Below are positions 14,330-27,119 of a DNA stretch of 64,000 nt, one piece after another. The notes beneath the pieces are model-generated. The model was not told the origin of the DNA, did not search any database, and saw only the letters and a program-made list of their open reading frames with translations. The stretch is taken from positions 174,468,001 through 174,532,000 of the forward strand of contig NC_042998.1 of NCBI RefSeq assembly GCF_006345805.1, given 5' to 3'. Every line of letters begins with the position of its first letter. Positions within the stretch are counted from its first letter, which is position 1. The stretch comes from Octopus sinensis (lineage: Eukaryota). A program made the position numbers and the translations under genes.

Positions 14330-14710
14330 AGGGTACTTTTTTGAAGGGTTTTAGTAAAAGAAATTGACCCCAGTGCTTAGGTTTTGTCCTTTTTTTTTTT
14401 TACGCTTTTGTGGTTTTTGTAGTTTCTGCCTGATACTTATTTTATCAGTTTTTTTGGCCTAACGTTAATTTGGCCGCAAACAAACCAACACCAGTTTACA
14501 GGCGGTGAAGGGGTAAGAAACGCAGATACAAAGACACACACATATATATACGACCAGTTTCCACACAGTTTCTATCTATCAAATTCACTCACAAAACATT
14601 GGTCAACCCAGGGTTATTGTAGAAGACTTGCCCAAGATGCAGAGCAGTAGGGCTGAACTCGAAACCACATGGTCGCAGAGCGAGCTTTTAAACCACACAG
14701 CCATGCCTGC
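14330..14710 (-). mobile_element. Degenerate SINE group 1 copy
   Basis: Reverse-complement similarity to the group 1 head and body (CACACAGCCATGCCTGC, AAATTCACTCACAAAAC). Confidence 0.65.
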
Positions 14711-15027
14711 CTGCGCCTTTAACAGAAATTATAAATTAAAGTTTTATATGATATGGAATTGAAATTTCCTGCGGGTATTGTGCTTCTAGTTTATGTCTGG
14801 TTTTCAGTTGATTTACCAACGCACTATAGGTAGAATTAACTGGCAATATTTTACTGCATGCATTTATTAATGAAGGAACTTCTATGTACTATATAAACAT
14901 AATTTGATTACGGTTCTATTGTCATGTGTGTGTGGGGGGTGATGTTATGTAACAGCTGGAATATTTTCATGTTTAAAGAGAAAAATATTCGTTATATTTT
15001 AATCCCTTTTCGTTCTATTTTAATTTC

Positions 15028-15259
15028 TTATTCCTTTATTGCCCTCAAGGGGCTAAACGTAGAGTGGACAAACAAGAACAGACAAATGGATTAAGTCGAT
15101 TATATCGACCCCAGTGCGTAACTGGTATTTATTTAATCGACCCCGGAAGGATGAAAGGCAAAGTCGACCTCGGCGGAATTTGAACTCAGAACGTAACGGC
15201 AGACGAAATACCGCAAAGCATTTCGCCCGGCGTGCTAGCATTTCTGCCAGCTCGCCGCC
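15028..15259 (-). mobile_element. tRNA-derived SINE group 3 (Nin/Deu-like central domain)
   Basis: GGCGGCGAGCTGGCAGAA...GAGTTCAAATTCC...GTCGACTTTGCCTTTCATCC; other copies at 16577, 38555, 43343, 56961. Confidence 0.85.
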
Positions 15260-16141
15260 GTTATATTTTAATCCATTTATCTTTCTCCGAATTGGTTTAG
15301 TGTCTTGCAACATCGTAGATAAATGCCTTTGTTTCTAAACCAAAAACGGCCAAACACATAAGATTATTTAAGATTTCAATTTCTTTACATACTTCTATGA
15401 TTTATCGCTATAGCTTTTCAAAGAGTGAAGAAATTCGCAATACTTCACTTCTAACTTTTATTGATGTTTGTTCTTTGAACCTCTCAAACATTCTTCGTAT
15501 CATTTGAAAGAGTAAATGTTCAACCCGTGTGAAGAAAATTTTATCTTGGTGAATGGGTATTCTTTTATACTACGTCAGATGTGTTTTAATGCCGAAAGTA
15601 TGCTTGAGTTTTTATTTAATAACCTTAAGGATCCTACCTCAACGATGTCCTTAATTTTAATTTCATCACGCACCCACGTATCGCACACATCACGGCTCAC
15701 CGTATTTTCCTGATTTATATTCTTCCTGAAAAAAAGTCTTCCACCAAATCATCCTGTATCATATTAAAATGTCAGAATGTAAAGTATAATATTTTTACTG
15801 GAACTCTTTGTAATATAAGCCTGCAGTTACAATTCATATGTAATAAATATATCCTAGTACTGATTTCTATACATTGATTTGTGGCGCGCATCGTTGTCAA
15901 GGTTTTACTAGCACTAGTAACAGACTATTATTTATTTTGCTTAATTAGTGGTGATTGTAATGAATAACGATAATGACGCTTTACATGCCATTTTATGCAG
16001 GCTGAAATACAACTAAAGTAGTCGCCAGTTATTCAAGAAACAATGATCTAAAAATATTTTATAGCTGTAACTGTAATGTACATGACACCAATAATAATTA
16101 TACTAATAGGCATTATAAAGAGAGACACTAAACTGGACACT

Positions 16142-16455
16142 GGAGGCGCAATGGCCCAGTGGTTAGGGCAGCGGACTCGCGGTCGGAGAAACGCGGTTTC
16201 GATTCCCAGACCGGGCGTTGTGTGTGTGTTTATTGAGCGAAAATACCTAAAGCTCAACGAGACTCCAGCAGGGGGTGGTGGCGACCTTTGTTGTACTCTT
16301 TCGCTTCGACTTTCTCTCACTCTCTCTTCCTGTTTCTTGAGTAACGCTGCGATGGACTGGCGTCCCGTCCAGCTGGGGGAGGAACACATACGCTATAGAA
16401 ACAGGGAAACCGGGCCCATGAACCTGGCTAGGCTTGAAAAGGGCGCATAAATAAA
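16142..16455 (+). mobile_element. tRNA-derived SINE group 2 with V-domain-like 3' half
   Basis: Head GGAGGCGCAATGGCCCAGTGGTTAGGGCAGCGGACTCGCGG; 3' half CTGCGATGGACTGGCGTCCCGTCCAG; A-rich end. Confidence 0.85.
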
Positions 16456-16576
16456 AAATATATATATAAAAAACCTGAACACTAGAGTCTGCAGCTATAT
16501 GTGACACTCTCGAGAAACATATTTCACATTAATTATTAATCTTAAGGTAGAGAATATAGGGAAATTAATCTTTTTA

Positions 16577-16860
16577 ACTGGTACTTATTTAATCGACCCC
16601 GAAAGAATGAAAGGCAAAGTCGACTGCGGCGGAATTTGAACTCAGAGCGTAACGGCAGACGAAATACCTATTTCTTTACTACCCACAAGGGGCTAAACAC
16701 AGAGGGGACAAACAAGGACAGGCAAACGGATTAAGTCGATTATATCGACCCCAGAGCGTAACTGGTACTTATTTAATCGACTCCGAAAGGATGAAAGGCA
16801 AAGTCGACCTCGGCGGAATTTGAACTCAGAAGGTAGCGGCAGACGAAATACCTATTTCTT
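16577..16860 (-). mobile_element. SINE group 3, internally tandem-duplicated (~190-bp unit)
   Basis: TAACTGGTACTTATTTAATCGAC...GCAGACGAAATACCTATTTCTTTA occurs twice in tandem. Confidence 0.85.
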
Positions 16861-17345
16861 TACGTTCTCTCTTATGCGCATTCTTCCTCGAAATACAATG
16901 GAGTCGTGGGTGTATTACTCAACAACAGTTGAGAAGTGTGTGAAGTACAAGAAGTCGGGATATGACAGTACCTCTAAAACGCATGCCCATTTGATAGAAA
17001 GTAGACAAGCCCTACAGACATCGGAGCATTTCTGCTAGCGTCTTACTAAATTTTGTTGATACACAACAATTTTGTTCTAAATTATATACATTTTTTAACT
17101 ATATCTTTGATATGTTCATAAATCGCCAAAATATTTCCCAAGATAGACCATACTAATTATTGCTTATATCTCATCACTTGAACCAGGAAATACTGTATAT
17201 GTTGATAATAAATATTTATTTGAATTTTACACTTATTGTTATATTTCTCGAGTTAACTTATTATTTTCATCGAGTTTTCTCGGTGTAAACTCTGAATTAA
17301 CACCTTTCTGTGTGTTTATATCTACATCTGGCCTAGTTGATTTGA

Positions 17346-17403
<58 letters not shown>

Positions 17404-17500
17404 TCACATCGTGTATATTTCTTACACTTTCAGCCTAAAGCGTAGACGGAATACATCTATATTTTTATATTGTTTCTAGAAATGAGATTCATTGATATCA

Positions 17501-17860
17501 GGCATAGGCATGGCTGTGTAGTAAGGAAGCTTGCTTCCTGGCCACATATTTCCGGGTTCAGCCCTATTGTGTGGTACCTTGGGCAAGTGTCTTCTACGAT
17601 AGCCTTGAGTTGACCAAAGTCTTGTGAGTGGATTTGGTAGACGGAAACTGAAAGAAGCCTGTCGTATATCTGTGTGTCTGTATTTGTCCCCACCACCGCT
17701 TGACAACAGATGTTGGTGTGCTTTTGCAAAAGAGAACAAGTGAATAAGTCTCAGGCTTTAAGAAAGTCCTGGGGTCGATTTGTTTGGCTAGAACCCTTCA
17801 AGGCAGTGCCCCAGCATGGCCGCAGTCAAATGACTGAAATACGTAAAAGATAAAAGATAA
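17501..17860 (+). mobile_element. SINE group 1 copy (diverged)
   Basis: Homology to 7621-8035. Confidence 0.8.
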
Positions 17861-17983
17861 ACCTTTTCAAGGGAGATAACTAATAATGTAGCCAACTAGT
17901 AATGTCGGAGTTCAGATCTTAGAAGGATTTACTTAGCTCTTCGTTCTTTCAATATGAGTAAAATAAGTAATACATACAGGCTC

Positions 17984-18360
17984 GTGGAGGCGCAATGGCC
18001 CAGTGGTTAGGGCAGCGGACTCGCGGTCATAGGATCGCGGTTTCGATTCCCAGACCGGGCATTGTCAGTGTTTACTGAGCGAAAACACCTAACGCTCCAC
18101 GAGGCTCCGGCAGGGGATGGTGGTGATCCCTGCTGTACTCTTTCACCACAACTTTCTCTCACTTCCTGTTTCTGTTGTACCTGTATTTCAAAGGGCCGGC
18201 CTTGTCACTCTCTGTGTCACGCTGAATATCCCCGAGAACTACCTTAAGGGTACACGTGTCTGTGGAGTGCTCAGTCACTTACACGTTAATTTCACGAGCA
18301 GGCTGTTCCGTTGATCGGATCAACCGGAACCCTCATCGTCGTAACCGACGGAGTGCTTCC
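17984..18360 (+). mobile_element. SINE group 2 full copy with 14-bp target-site duplication
   Basis: TSD ATACATACAGGCTC at 17970-17983 and 18361-18374. Confidence 0.92.
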
Positions 18361-18564
18361 ATACATACAGGCTCATTTAACGGATTATATCTCGCCTCTA
18401 AAAGACTTTTTCTTTCGCTAAATCAAAAGAAATTAAAGCAGTTAAATTAGTTCACCTGCATTTGACAAACTGAAGGCTTGAACTAAGTACTGTCTTATTA
18501 CTGACTTATACCTTGAAAAAACAGGCATTTGTTCAGTTGCTCTAATGGCAGTGACACGTATTTA

Positions 18565-18610
<46 letters not shown>

Positions 18611-21600
18611 CATTTTGTTGATTCTTTTTTTTTATGAATACAAGGCCAAGACGGGAGTTCCATAGGATATGCAGCAATCGCAGTTCACCTATCGCGGTTT
18701 ATTATTTAAGCCTACGTTGATTTTATCAGAAACTACTTTCTCTTCCATTTCTATATCCATTAGATTCAACTTTGATAGTTTTCTTTAAAGCTAAAAGCTT
18801 TAAGGAATAATATTCGATCCAATTTCTTCTTAAAGTTTTCAGTGGCCTAACAACATATTGTTATGTTCTTATGAGATTCGTTGATGTCATTTATTTGACT
18901 GGAGTGGTTTAAAAGAAAATATAAGGTGAGACGGCTTCTACAATGCGTCACAGAACCGTATTCAGTATGTCGGTTTTGCATTTGGTGGCTGTTTTCTGTC
19001 AAACTTCAAGAAAACTCACAACAATTTTGCTGTCTTTGTCATTTTAAAATCGAATATTGCGCTTATTTACTAATATATCGTTTCCGTGGTCTGCATAGAG
19101 AAAATAATAATTATAACAATTTCGTTATTACTTTTTGACATGTCCATTCTATCAGCCTCTGTTCAACCAACTGGAAGAAATCGGCGTAAGATCTCTGAAT
19201 ATGATTATGATACACAAACGTACTATTCAGCATGAAAGTTGTTCCTTTTCTTCTTCCGCTTAATTCTACTTAGCTCGTTCAAGCATTTATCATTTTAATA
19301 CTTTTGTCATGATCTTTAATTGTGGATGTGTTGTATGTAGCACACGTTTGAGATTATAATTTTCTGGATGAAGAATATATTTAATTGGATAAACAACGTT
19401 TAGGATTTCCGCTACAATTTCACATTAATTATAGGAGCCTGTACAGCATTTTTTTCTTTCTTTTTTTAATTATTACTTATTGCAAGGCAGTGAGCTAGCT
19501 AAATGGTTAGCGCTTCAGACAATGTGCTTAGTAGTATTTGTTCCGGTTCTTGACGTTTTGAGTTCAAATTTCACCGAGGTCAGCTTTCCCTTTCCTCCTT
19601 TCGGGGTTCGATAAAATAAAGAAGCCAGTCAAGTACTGAAATCAATGTAATCAACTTAACACAACCCCTCAAAACTGCTGGCCTAGTACCAAAATTAACA
19701 AAGAACTGGTATTTATTTTCTTTAAATGAAAATTTATCGAAAGAAGGTTCAAACCTCTGAATTTCTTTACGTTTCAATACCCTCTGAAGTTGAGAAATGA
19801 ACCTCTTAAGTAGACAACTAAACTTTTTCCAATACAAAGATTAAGTTCGATTTACAGTGTGTTACTTGAAATCATCTTTTATTCATCCCAGAATGACAAA
19901 GCACTCAGACAAAATACCGCTAAGATTTGAACCAGTAGTCTGAAAAAAACTACCATTCTGTAAGGCAAATGTGAGGTAACCTATTGCATCTGTCAAATCA
20001 CTGCCAGTGATACCTCAGAGTATAGCGGGGAAATTGTGTTAGTCTCATGGTCATACTTATCAATGCAATGGATCGCTAGTGAATGGATGCAATGGATGTA
20101 CTTCAAACAGGAATTGAAAGCGTGTCTTAATGTCAGATCATCAGTACTTTATGTCATTTATCCAAAAGAATCAAATTTTAATTTTTTATGTAAAATTGTG
20201 ATCTGAGATTTTCTGCACGCAAAATAATCATTTATGATGTTGAAGCTTTCTAAGTTTATTACTCACAGAAATAAAAGGAACCATTGCGAATCGAACTTCG
20301 ATCAAGTACTCGACTCACAACATACTTGCCACTACTTACCAACATAGAACGCTCTCTTTAAAAATTTCTTGCATAGAGACAGTGCTACAAAACGGTAAGC
20401 AACCTAGACTGTTAGTTAAATCCTTTAGCATAAACGTCTAGCATTAATTATATCCGTCTTAAGAGATGAAAAGACAATCACATTGACTATTCGTCGTCAT
20501 GGTTGTCGTGATTAAGGCGTCATTGTTGTTGGAGGAGGTGGATGAAGAGAAGAGTGGATGTTATTGTTGAATAGCCCAAGATCAACCTTGAGCGAAAACA
20601 TTCTAGCTGTGACCGTTGCGTTGTTTGGGTATGTCTATGACCTCATTATACAATAAGTTCTTCCTTGTTTAAAACAGTTAAGGGTTGATTTGGGAAAGAT
20701 TTGACAGAGATTTCTAACTTATCAATCAACAACAGAAGCTTACACTCAGAGCTTACACTCGAAGACAGCACATTCTAATAGGCTTATTTTAGCCACTCTG
20801 ATGTTTTCTTTATAAATTATAATTTCACTCAGAGATAAAGCTACGAATTGTGTAAACAGCTAAAACGTGCATTATACTGATTATCTGTGAGGAAGAAAAT
20901 TTTAAGGTTCCGGACAGCACCTCTTGTCAAAGAATATTTTCTTATGGTGTCGGATAAATAGATTGGGTGTAGGGGAAGGGAAACTCAAAAGAAAATAGTA
21001 AAGAATAGTGGATGAAGACAGCAAATAATGGAAAATGATTGGTGAGATTGAAGATGATTCATCTAAATGTATTCGATTACATTGATACTTTGTCTGGCTA
21101 ATATTTATTTTATATTTGCCTGCGAATGGTGTTCTTAATTTTGTTAATTTTGTCTTGGAGGCATTCCAACAACTATATGTCAGAGCATAAATTGATTAAT
21201 GCCTTTTACATCAGTGTTTGTGTGAACATGTATGCAAATATATATATATACATATGTGAACCTGTGTGTGCGTATGTGTTTTCGTGCGTGTGTGATATAT
21301 TTATGTATGTATGAGAGGGTTAGGCGCAAACATGCCTTTGTGGTTAAGAAGTTTTCTTCTCAATGACATTAATTCGGGTTCAGCCTCACAACATGGAAAA
21401 CCTTGAGAAAATGTCTTCTACTATAGGCCAAGGTCGACCAAAAGCTTGCGTGTGGATTTGGTGGCCGGAAACCGAAAGAAATACGTCGTATGTATGTGCT
21501 TGTATGTGTGGTTACAATATCTGCCAGGGGCAGAAAATTGGTGTATTACTCAGCCATTTACTTGCTGTATTACCGTTCCATTTACTTTCTTTTTAGTTTT

Positions 21601-21819
21601 GATCTCCACTGTTCTTGGATAATGATACAGACTTTCTGGGCGAGGATCTGCTTGTTGACCACTCTTATCAAAAAGTCCTAGAACAGGATATTTGTTTTTG
21701 CAGGAGCATGTATTGCACAGAACAGCTGCAGTTCTATCCCTCCCATGTTAGGTTTCTTGTAACACTGGGCCAATCTTTGCATTGGTCATATCCATTGATG
21801 ATTTGAAAAATATTTCGTA

Positions 21820-22270
21820 ATAAGTCATTTTTCCTTACGTCACTATTATCTTTTGTCGAGAATTAACATAACTCGGATGTATATATTCGTTGGCGTGGAT
21901 GCGAACTCTTGCTTGCATCTACTCATTAGCATGTTCTTTTTGCGTTTTCTGATTGGCTTTTATTTTTCTAACTCATTAGTGTTTGTTTTATTTTTTTTGT
22001 GTATGTGCTTTTGGGGAGTTTTTGGGTGGGTGCAGGATGTTTAATGTTCTTGTATTTGTTGATGAAGGGGAAGTGTTTTTGATTTGCTTATGTTCTGAAT
22101 TTATCTCTTAACCTAATTAGGGCTGATTGTTTTCCGTTTTTTATCGAGTATGGTACGTTACTTTTATTGAGTTTGTTTTGGCATGTATGGTATTTGTAAA
22201 TACTGTTGTAATGATAAGGTAATTCTGTAGCAAAGAATTTTGATATGGTCGAGATTAGGAAAATTTAATG
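21820..22270 (-). pseudogene. Possible old Penelope-like ORF remnant
   Basis: Weak translated resemblance (FLISTISKFF...IKVTYHT) to the PLE linker before the GIY-YIG domain; many stops. Confidence 0.3.
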
Positions 22271-22277
22271 ACTTGTT

Positions 22278-22675
22278 TACTCTTTTACTCTTTTACTTGT
22301 TTCAGTCATTTGACTGTGGCCATGCTGGAGCACCACCTTTAGTCGAGCAAATCGACCCCGGGACTTATTCTTTGTAAGCCCAGTACTTATTCTATCGGTC
22401 TCTTTTTGCCGAACCGCCAAGTGACAGGGACGTAAACACACTAGCATCGGTTGTCAAGCAATGCTAGGTGGACAAACACACATACACAAACACTCACACA
22501 CATACACACATATATATACATATATACGACAGGCTTCTTTCAGTTTCCGTCTACCAAATCCACTCACAAGGCATTGGTCGGCCCGGGGCTATAGCAGAAG
22601 ACACTTGCCCAAGATGCCACGCAGTGGGATTGAACCCGGAACCATGTGGTTGGTTAGCAAGCTACTTACCACACG
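22278..22675 (-). mobile_element. SINE group 1 copy, lacking the extreme 5' end
   Basis: Reverse complement of the 7621-type element. Confidence 0.88.
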
Positions 22676-23254
22676 TAAAACTAATTAAAGATAATTTAAC
22701 AGTAAAACTAATTAAAGACATATATGGAGCAGTTTCAAATATTCAAAGTGGTATTTAATGGTTGAGTAACTTTTGCAGACAATATGGAATTTTGGTTTGG
22801 TCAAGAATTATGTTATATGTACACTTCTCGTCTTCGTTCATCAAACACGAAATTATTTTTTTATTTTCTGGTGAATATTCACCTTGTCCACTCACTGTTA
22901 ATTTAAAGACAACTTCCTGTGCAACCACTCAAAATATTGCAGCTAACATCAAGAAGTGGCTGGTATATAAATCGACCAGCATCGGAGAAACGGAAACAAA
23001 TACGATGAAGTGCTCAATGTAGTATTAACAGGACGGTAGATTGGCAGAATTATGAGTGTCGAACAAGATACCTAACGGTATCAGATCTGGTTCTGCGTAT
23101 TCTAGATTCAAATCTTAACCCATGACCGAAATATGGTGATATATCTGCCAAGAGTTGCGACCGACAAATAATATCAGCAGTCTCAAAAACCAATGGAGGC
23201 ATTGATACCCTGGTTCGATTAGAAGATTGGCCATAACCGTTACTCGCAAGCGAG

Positions 23255-23289
23255 TATGACAGGTGGAAACTGAAAGAAGCTCAACGTGA

Positions 23290-23349
<60 letters not shown>

Positions 23350-23563
23350 TTATTTTATAGAAGGAGCTTCTACAGGACTAGAACTGTTTCATTCAAATGA
23401 AATCATAAGGAGCTTCCTGATGATTTCATTTGAATGAAACAGTTCTAGTCCTGTAGAAGTTCCTTCTATAAAATAAATTAATTTACTCTGCTATGCATTG
23501 AGTACCTTATTTACTGTGGTTAACCCCGACTCAACCCGGGACCTACATATATATATACATAAA

Positions 23564-23598
<35 letters not shown>

Positions 23599-23835
23599 GT
23601 GTGTGTCTTTCTGTCTGTGTTTGTCCCCCACCACCGCTTGACTACTGGTGTTGGTGTGGCTAAGTCCCAGTAACTTAGTGTTTCGGCAAAAGAGCCCGAT
23701 AGAATAAGTACCAGGCTTTTAAAAAAAGAGAAGTTCTGGAGTCGATTCATTCGAGTAAAAATTCTTCAAGGCGGTGCCCCAGCATGGCCGCAGTCTAGAA
23801 TAACAAGTAAACGATAAAAGATTAAAAGATAAAAG
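23255..23835 (+). mobile_element. SINE group 1 3' part whose internal (TA)n was invaded by an HHR-bearing fold-back insertion (~23348-23545)
   Basis: GGAAACTGAAAGAAGC before and TGTTTGTCCCCCACCACCGCTTGAC...tail after the insertion. Confidence 0.75.
23348..23478 (+). ncRNA. Inverted repeat (59-bp arms, 13-nt loop) whose loop + right arm carries an HHR core (23417-23450)
   Basis: CTGATGA-T.TTC attt GAA.T-GAAA-CAGTTCTA-GTC. Distal helix I GGAGCTTC/GAAGTTCC pairs, but the proximal helix I lacks a partner for CTGTA, so the motif is probably damaged. Confidence 0.7.
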
Positions 23836-24071
23836 ATATATACATATATAATATAGAATAAAATTTTCAAAAAATTTTATCAGTGGCCAGCATATTAAAA
23901 AATACCTTTTATGGTGAAATTTACAAACAACTTATAAACAAGGGCAAAAGAAAAATTCCAATGCCAAATATGCCGAGAATAGAATTTAAATAGTCAATAA
24001 CCACATATAATTCATCACTATAAGCACGTGTCCAGAAGCAAGCTGACAGAAATTTCTAAAAAATTCCGTTA

Positions 24072-24132
24072 TTACCGGATCGGTCCGATTTCTGAGTTAG
24101 TTCATAAAGAATTTTCTCGTCATCGGCGGTAA
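24072..24132 (-). ncRNA. Type I hammerhead ribozyme (U4C core variant)
   Basis: TTACCG-CCGATGA-C.GAG...CTC.A-GAAA-TCGGACCGA-TC-CGGTAA; predicted cut between 24078 and 24077. Confidence 0.8.
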
Positions 24133-24519
24133 ATACGTTAAGAAATAAAGGAAATACTTACTTGCACCCATGGAAGAAGTAGACACAAAGTCATGTGTAC
24201 ACTTGAGTACCCCAAATATATCCAAATAGAAATTCTTCAGCACACCTCGAGACACATGCGATCAGATTGAAAATTTTCATTAACTGAGAGAGTCCGGAAG
24301 TGAATGGTATCGAATTTACATCTAACATAGGATAAAAGTTTCAAAAACATTTTATCAGTGGCCAGCATATTAAAAAATACCTTTTAAGGTGAAATTTATA
24401 AACAAGGGCAAAAGAAAAAAAATTGCAGTGCCAAATATGCCGAGAATCGTCAATAACCACATATAATTCATCACTATAAGCACGCGTCCCGAATCAAGCC
24501 AACAGAAATTTCTTAAGAA

Positions 24520-24580
24520 TTACCGGATCGGTCCGATTTCTGAGTTAGTTCATAAAGAATTTTCTCGTCATCAGCGGTAA
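24520..24580 (-). ncRNA. Type I hammerhead ribozyme (canonical core)
   Basis: TTACCG-CTGATGA-C.GAG aaaattctttatgaactaa CTC.A-GAAA-TCGGACCGA-TC-CGGTAA; 6-bp helix I, AUC triplet; predicted cut between 24526 and 24525. Confidence 0.88.
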
Positions 24581-24753
24581 ATACGTTAAGAAATAAATGA
24601 AATACTTACTTGCACCCATGGAAGAAGTAGACACAAAGTCATGAGTAGACTTGAGTTGTTGACGATTTAAAGTCTATTCTCGGCATATTTGGCATTGGAA
24701 TTTTTTTCTTTTGCCCTTGTTTGTAAGTCATAATATATATATATATATATATA

Positions 24754-24894
24754 CTTTATTTTAAGCAGCAGAAAATTCAACAAAATCTGTTACTCTGAGT
24801 TTCTCGTTGCCGTTCATCAGACAGTTTTTGCTGAACGGCAACGAGAAACTCAGAGTAACAGATTTTGTTGAATTTTCTGCTGCTTAAAATAAAG
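24754..24894 (-). ncRNA. Perfect inverted repeat (63-bp arms, 15-nt loop) containing a complete minimal HHR (24781-24830)
   Basis: Minus strand CAAAAACTGT-CTGATGA-A.CG gcaa CG.A-GAAA-CTCAGAG-TA-ACAGATTTTG; 10-bp helix I with one A.A mismatch, GNRA-capped helix II, GUA triplet. Confidence 0.85.
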
Positions 24895-25394
24895 CATATT
24901 ACTCTACCACTGGTATTTGAGTACTCTTTTTTCCACCTTGTTTCACATTTATGTGTTTACTCCGGTATATATATATATATATATATATTACATATTTCTA
25001 TCAATGGACTGTGGACTGCGGCCATGCTGGGACAACATCTACAAGAAGAGAGTTGAAATTGATTCTGCGAAGACTAATATACGACGTTCGGAAATTGTTT
25101 AGTTTTTGGTGGGTGGGGTAGGTATTTAAGTTCACCCGAGAACTTTTATATTCGGTTTTCGTTCGTCCTAATAGCAATCTTTTGGTACTTTGCAATCTGA
25201 TCACTGACATAATTCCACAGTATTTCCGGGAAATCTGTTGCTGACAAGATTTACAAGGCTCATGGTCGATTTTTTTTTTCTTATTTTCTTTTTACAACGT
25301 TCATTATTTTTCTACCATTTTTTTCTCCTGCTAATTAATTTTCAAAAACTTCAAACATGTTGCTTTACCATATATTATTTTATATGTTGACCTA

Positions 25395-26338
25395 TTATTA
25401 TTATTATTATTATTATCATTATTATCAAAGTGACACTGGGGTGAAATATACGAAGCCCAGTATACCTATCATGACTATCCGTCAGATAAGGGTACACCAG
25501 ACACATGCATTAACCATATATGCGTGACATGGTGATCTCATATCAAGATAAACCTTGCGGGTAGGGCTCAGTTAGAATTTTCTTCTGGTCGAGTAGCCCA
25601 TCCCGCTCAAAAGGTCCCTGAATAAGGATTGTTTAAGGATGTTGAACGAAACACCCATATTTCCAAAGGTGAATTATACAAACCTCTGAGAATTCCTTTC
25701 AACATATGGCTATGATGCTACCCAACTACTTCTGCTCGTGATCAGAGATGCACATATCGTCAGCCACTAAGGAACATGCTCAACTGGTTAAGGCCAAACA
25801 ACTGGCAAGCAAATCTGTGGTATTGAGCAGAATATTTGATGTAGCCCATCTTTTATACCAAGACAAATCAATGTACATGATAGCACTCCCAATCAGTTAA
25901 GATCAGAAGCCATGAGAGTCACTGCCTGGTATTGCATCAGGGCATTTATTATTATTATTATTATTATTGAACAGTGCATGCCATCAAAGTGACACTGGGG
26001 TAAAATATACGAAGCCCAGTATACCCATCATGACTACCCGTCTGATAAGGGTACACCAGGCACATGCATCACAACCATATGTGCGCGACATGGTGATCTC
26101 ATATCAAGGTAAACAGCGCATGACATTGCAGGTGGGGCCCAGTTAGAATTTTCTTCAGGTCGAGTAGCCCATCCCGCTCAAAATGTCCCTGAATAAGGGT
26201 TGTTTAAGAATGTTGAAAGAACCACCCATGTTTCCAGAGGTGAATTATTCAAACCCCAAAGAATACCTCTCAACACACGGCTATGATGCTCCCCCACTAC
26301 TTCTGCTCATGATCAGAGATGCACATATCGTCAGTCAC

Positions 26339-26372
<34 letters not shown>

Positions 26373-26375
26373 TGT
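25395..26375. repeat. Tandem ~559-bp repeat (about 1.6 copies) bounded by (ATT)n; probable non-autonomous retroelement
   Basis: ATCAAAGTGACACTGG at 25424 and 25983; (ATT)n at both ends and at the junction. Confidence 0.8.
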
Positions 26376-26792
26376 TATTCTATTTTTAAAACTTTCCACC
26401 TGTATTGTTGCTGTCTGAATATTCTTTTTATATATCCACTTTAAGTAATTTTCAAATTCAATTCTCTGTTTATTCTCACCGTATATATTGTATATTTATT
26501 TCACTCATTACAATTATTCCTTTTTTCTCCACTTAGATTGAATTTAGTATATTCCCCTCGTACGGAAGCTCGACTTCAATGTTTGGAAACGTCATTCGCT
26601 ATGTATATGTAAACTGTCTCAAAGTATGTCTGAAATACTTGCTAAAAGTACATGTCTGTTAAAATTAGACTCTTACTAGAGGTGTATTTACCCGTTCGGT
26701 AAAAAGAAAAAAGAAAAGGATACAAAATTTAAAATAAAATGTAATAAATTCCAGACACACGTAGAGAGAGAGAGAAAGGGAGAGAAAGATAG

Positions 26793-26848
<56 letters not shown>

Positions 26849-27119
26849 GGATGGATACATACATAAATATACACATATAAAGACATACACACTATCATAC
26901 ACATCTTTATACTTATATATACACACATATATACACCTTATACATATATACATACATATATACACGCACACATATATGCATACATATATTTATATATACA
27001 TGTGTGTATGTGTACACTTGCATTGTATGCACACATGTGGGTACGTTTCTATATATGTATGCATGTAGGTATCTATGTATGTATGTACAGGTAGATAGAT
27101 AGATAGATAGATAGATATG

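Larger units (their letters stand above)
23860..24730 (-). mobile_element. ORF-less tandem element with two co-oriented HHRs (retrozyme / non-autonomous Penelope-like)
   Basis: Direct repeat with ~475-nt period (23881 vs 24356); HHRs at 24520-24580 and 24072-24132; 70-bp 5' inverted segment (24660-24730 mirrors ~23925-24000); TA-rich flanks. Confidence 0.8.

Noticed and set aside
21615-21806. 63-aa ORF as a host exon
   Set aside because: The opposite strand resembles a decayed L1/Tx1-like ORF2 segment (QCYKKPNMGGIEL) with stops; no splice support.
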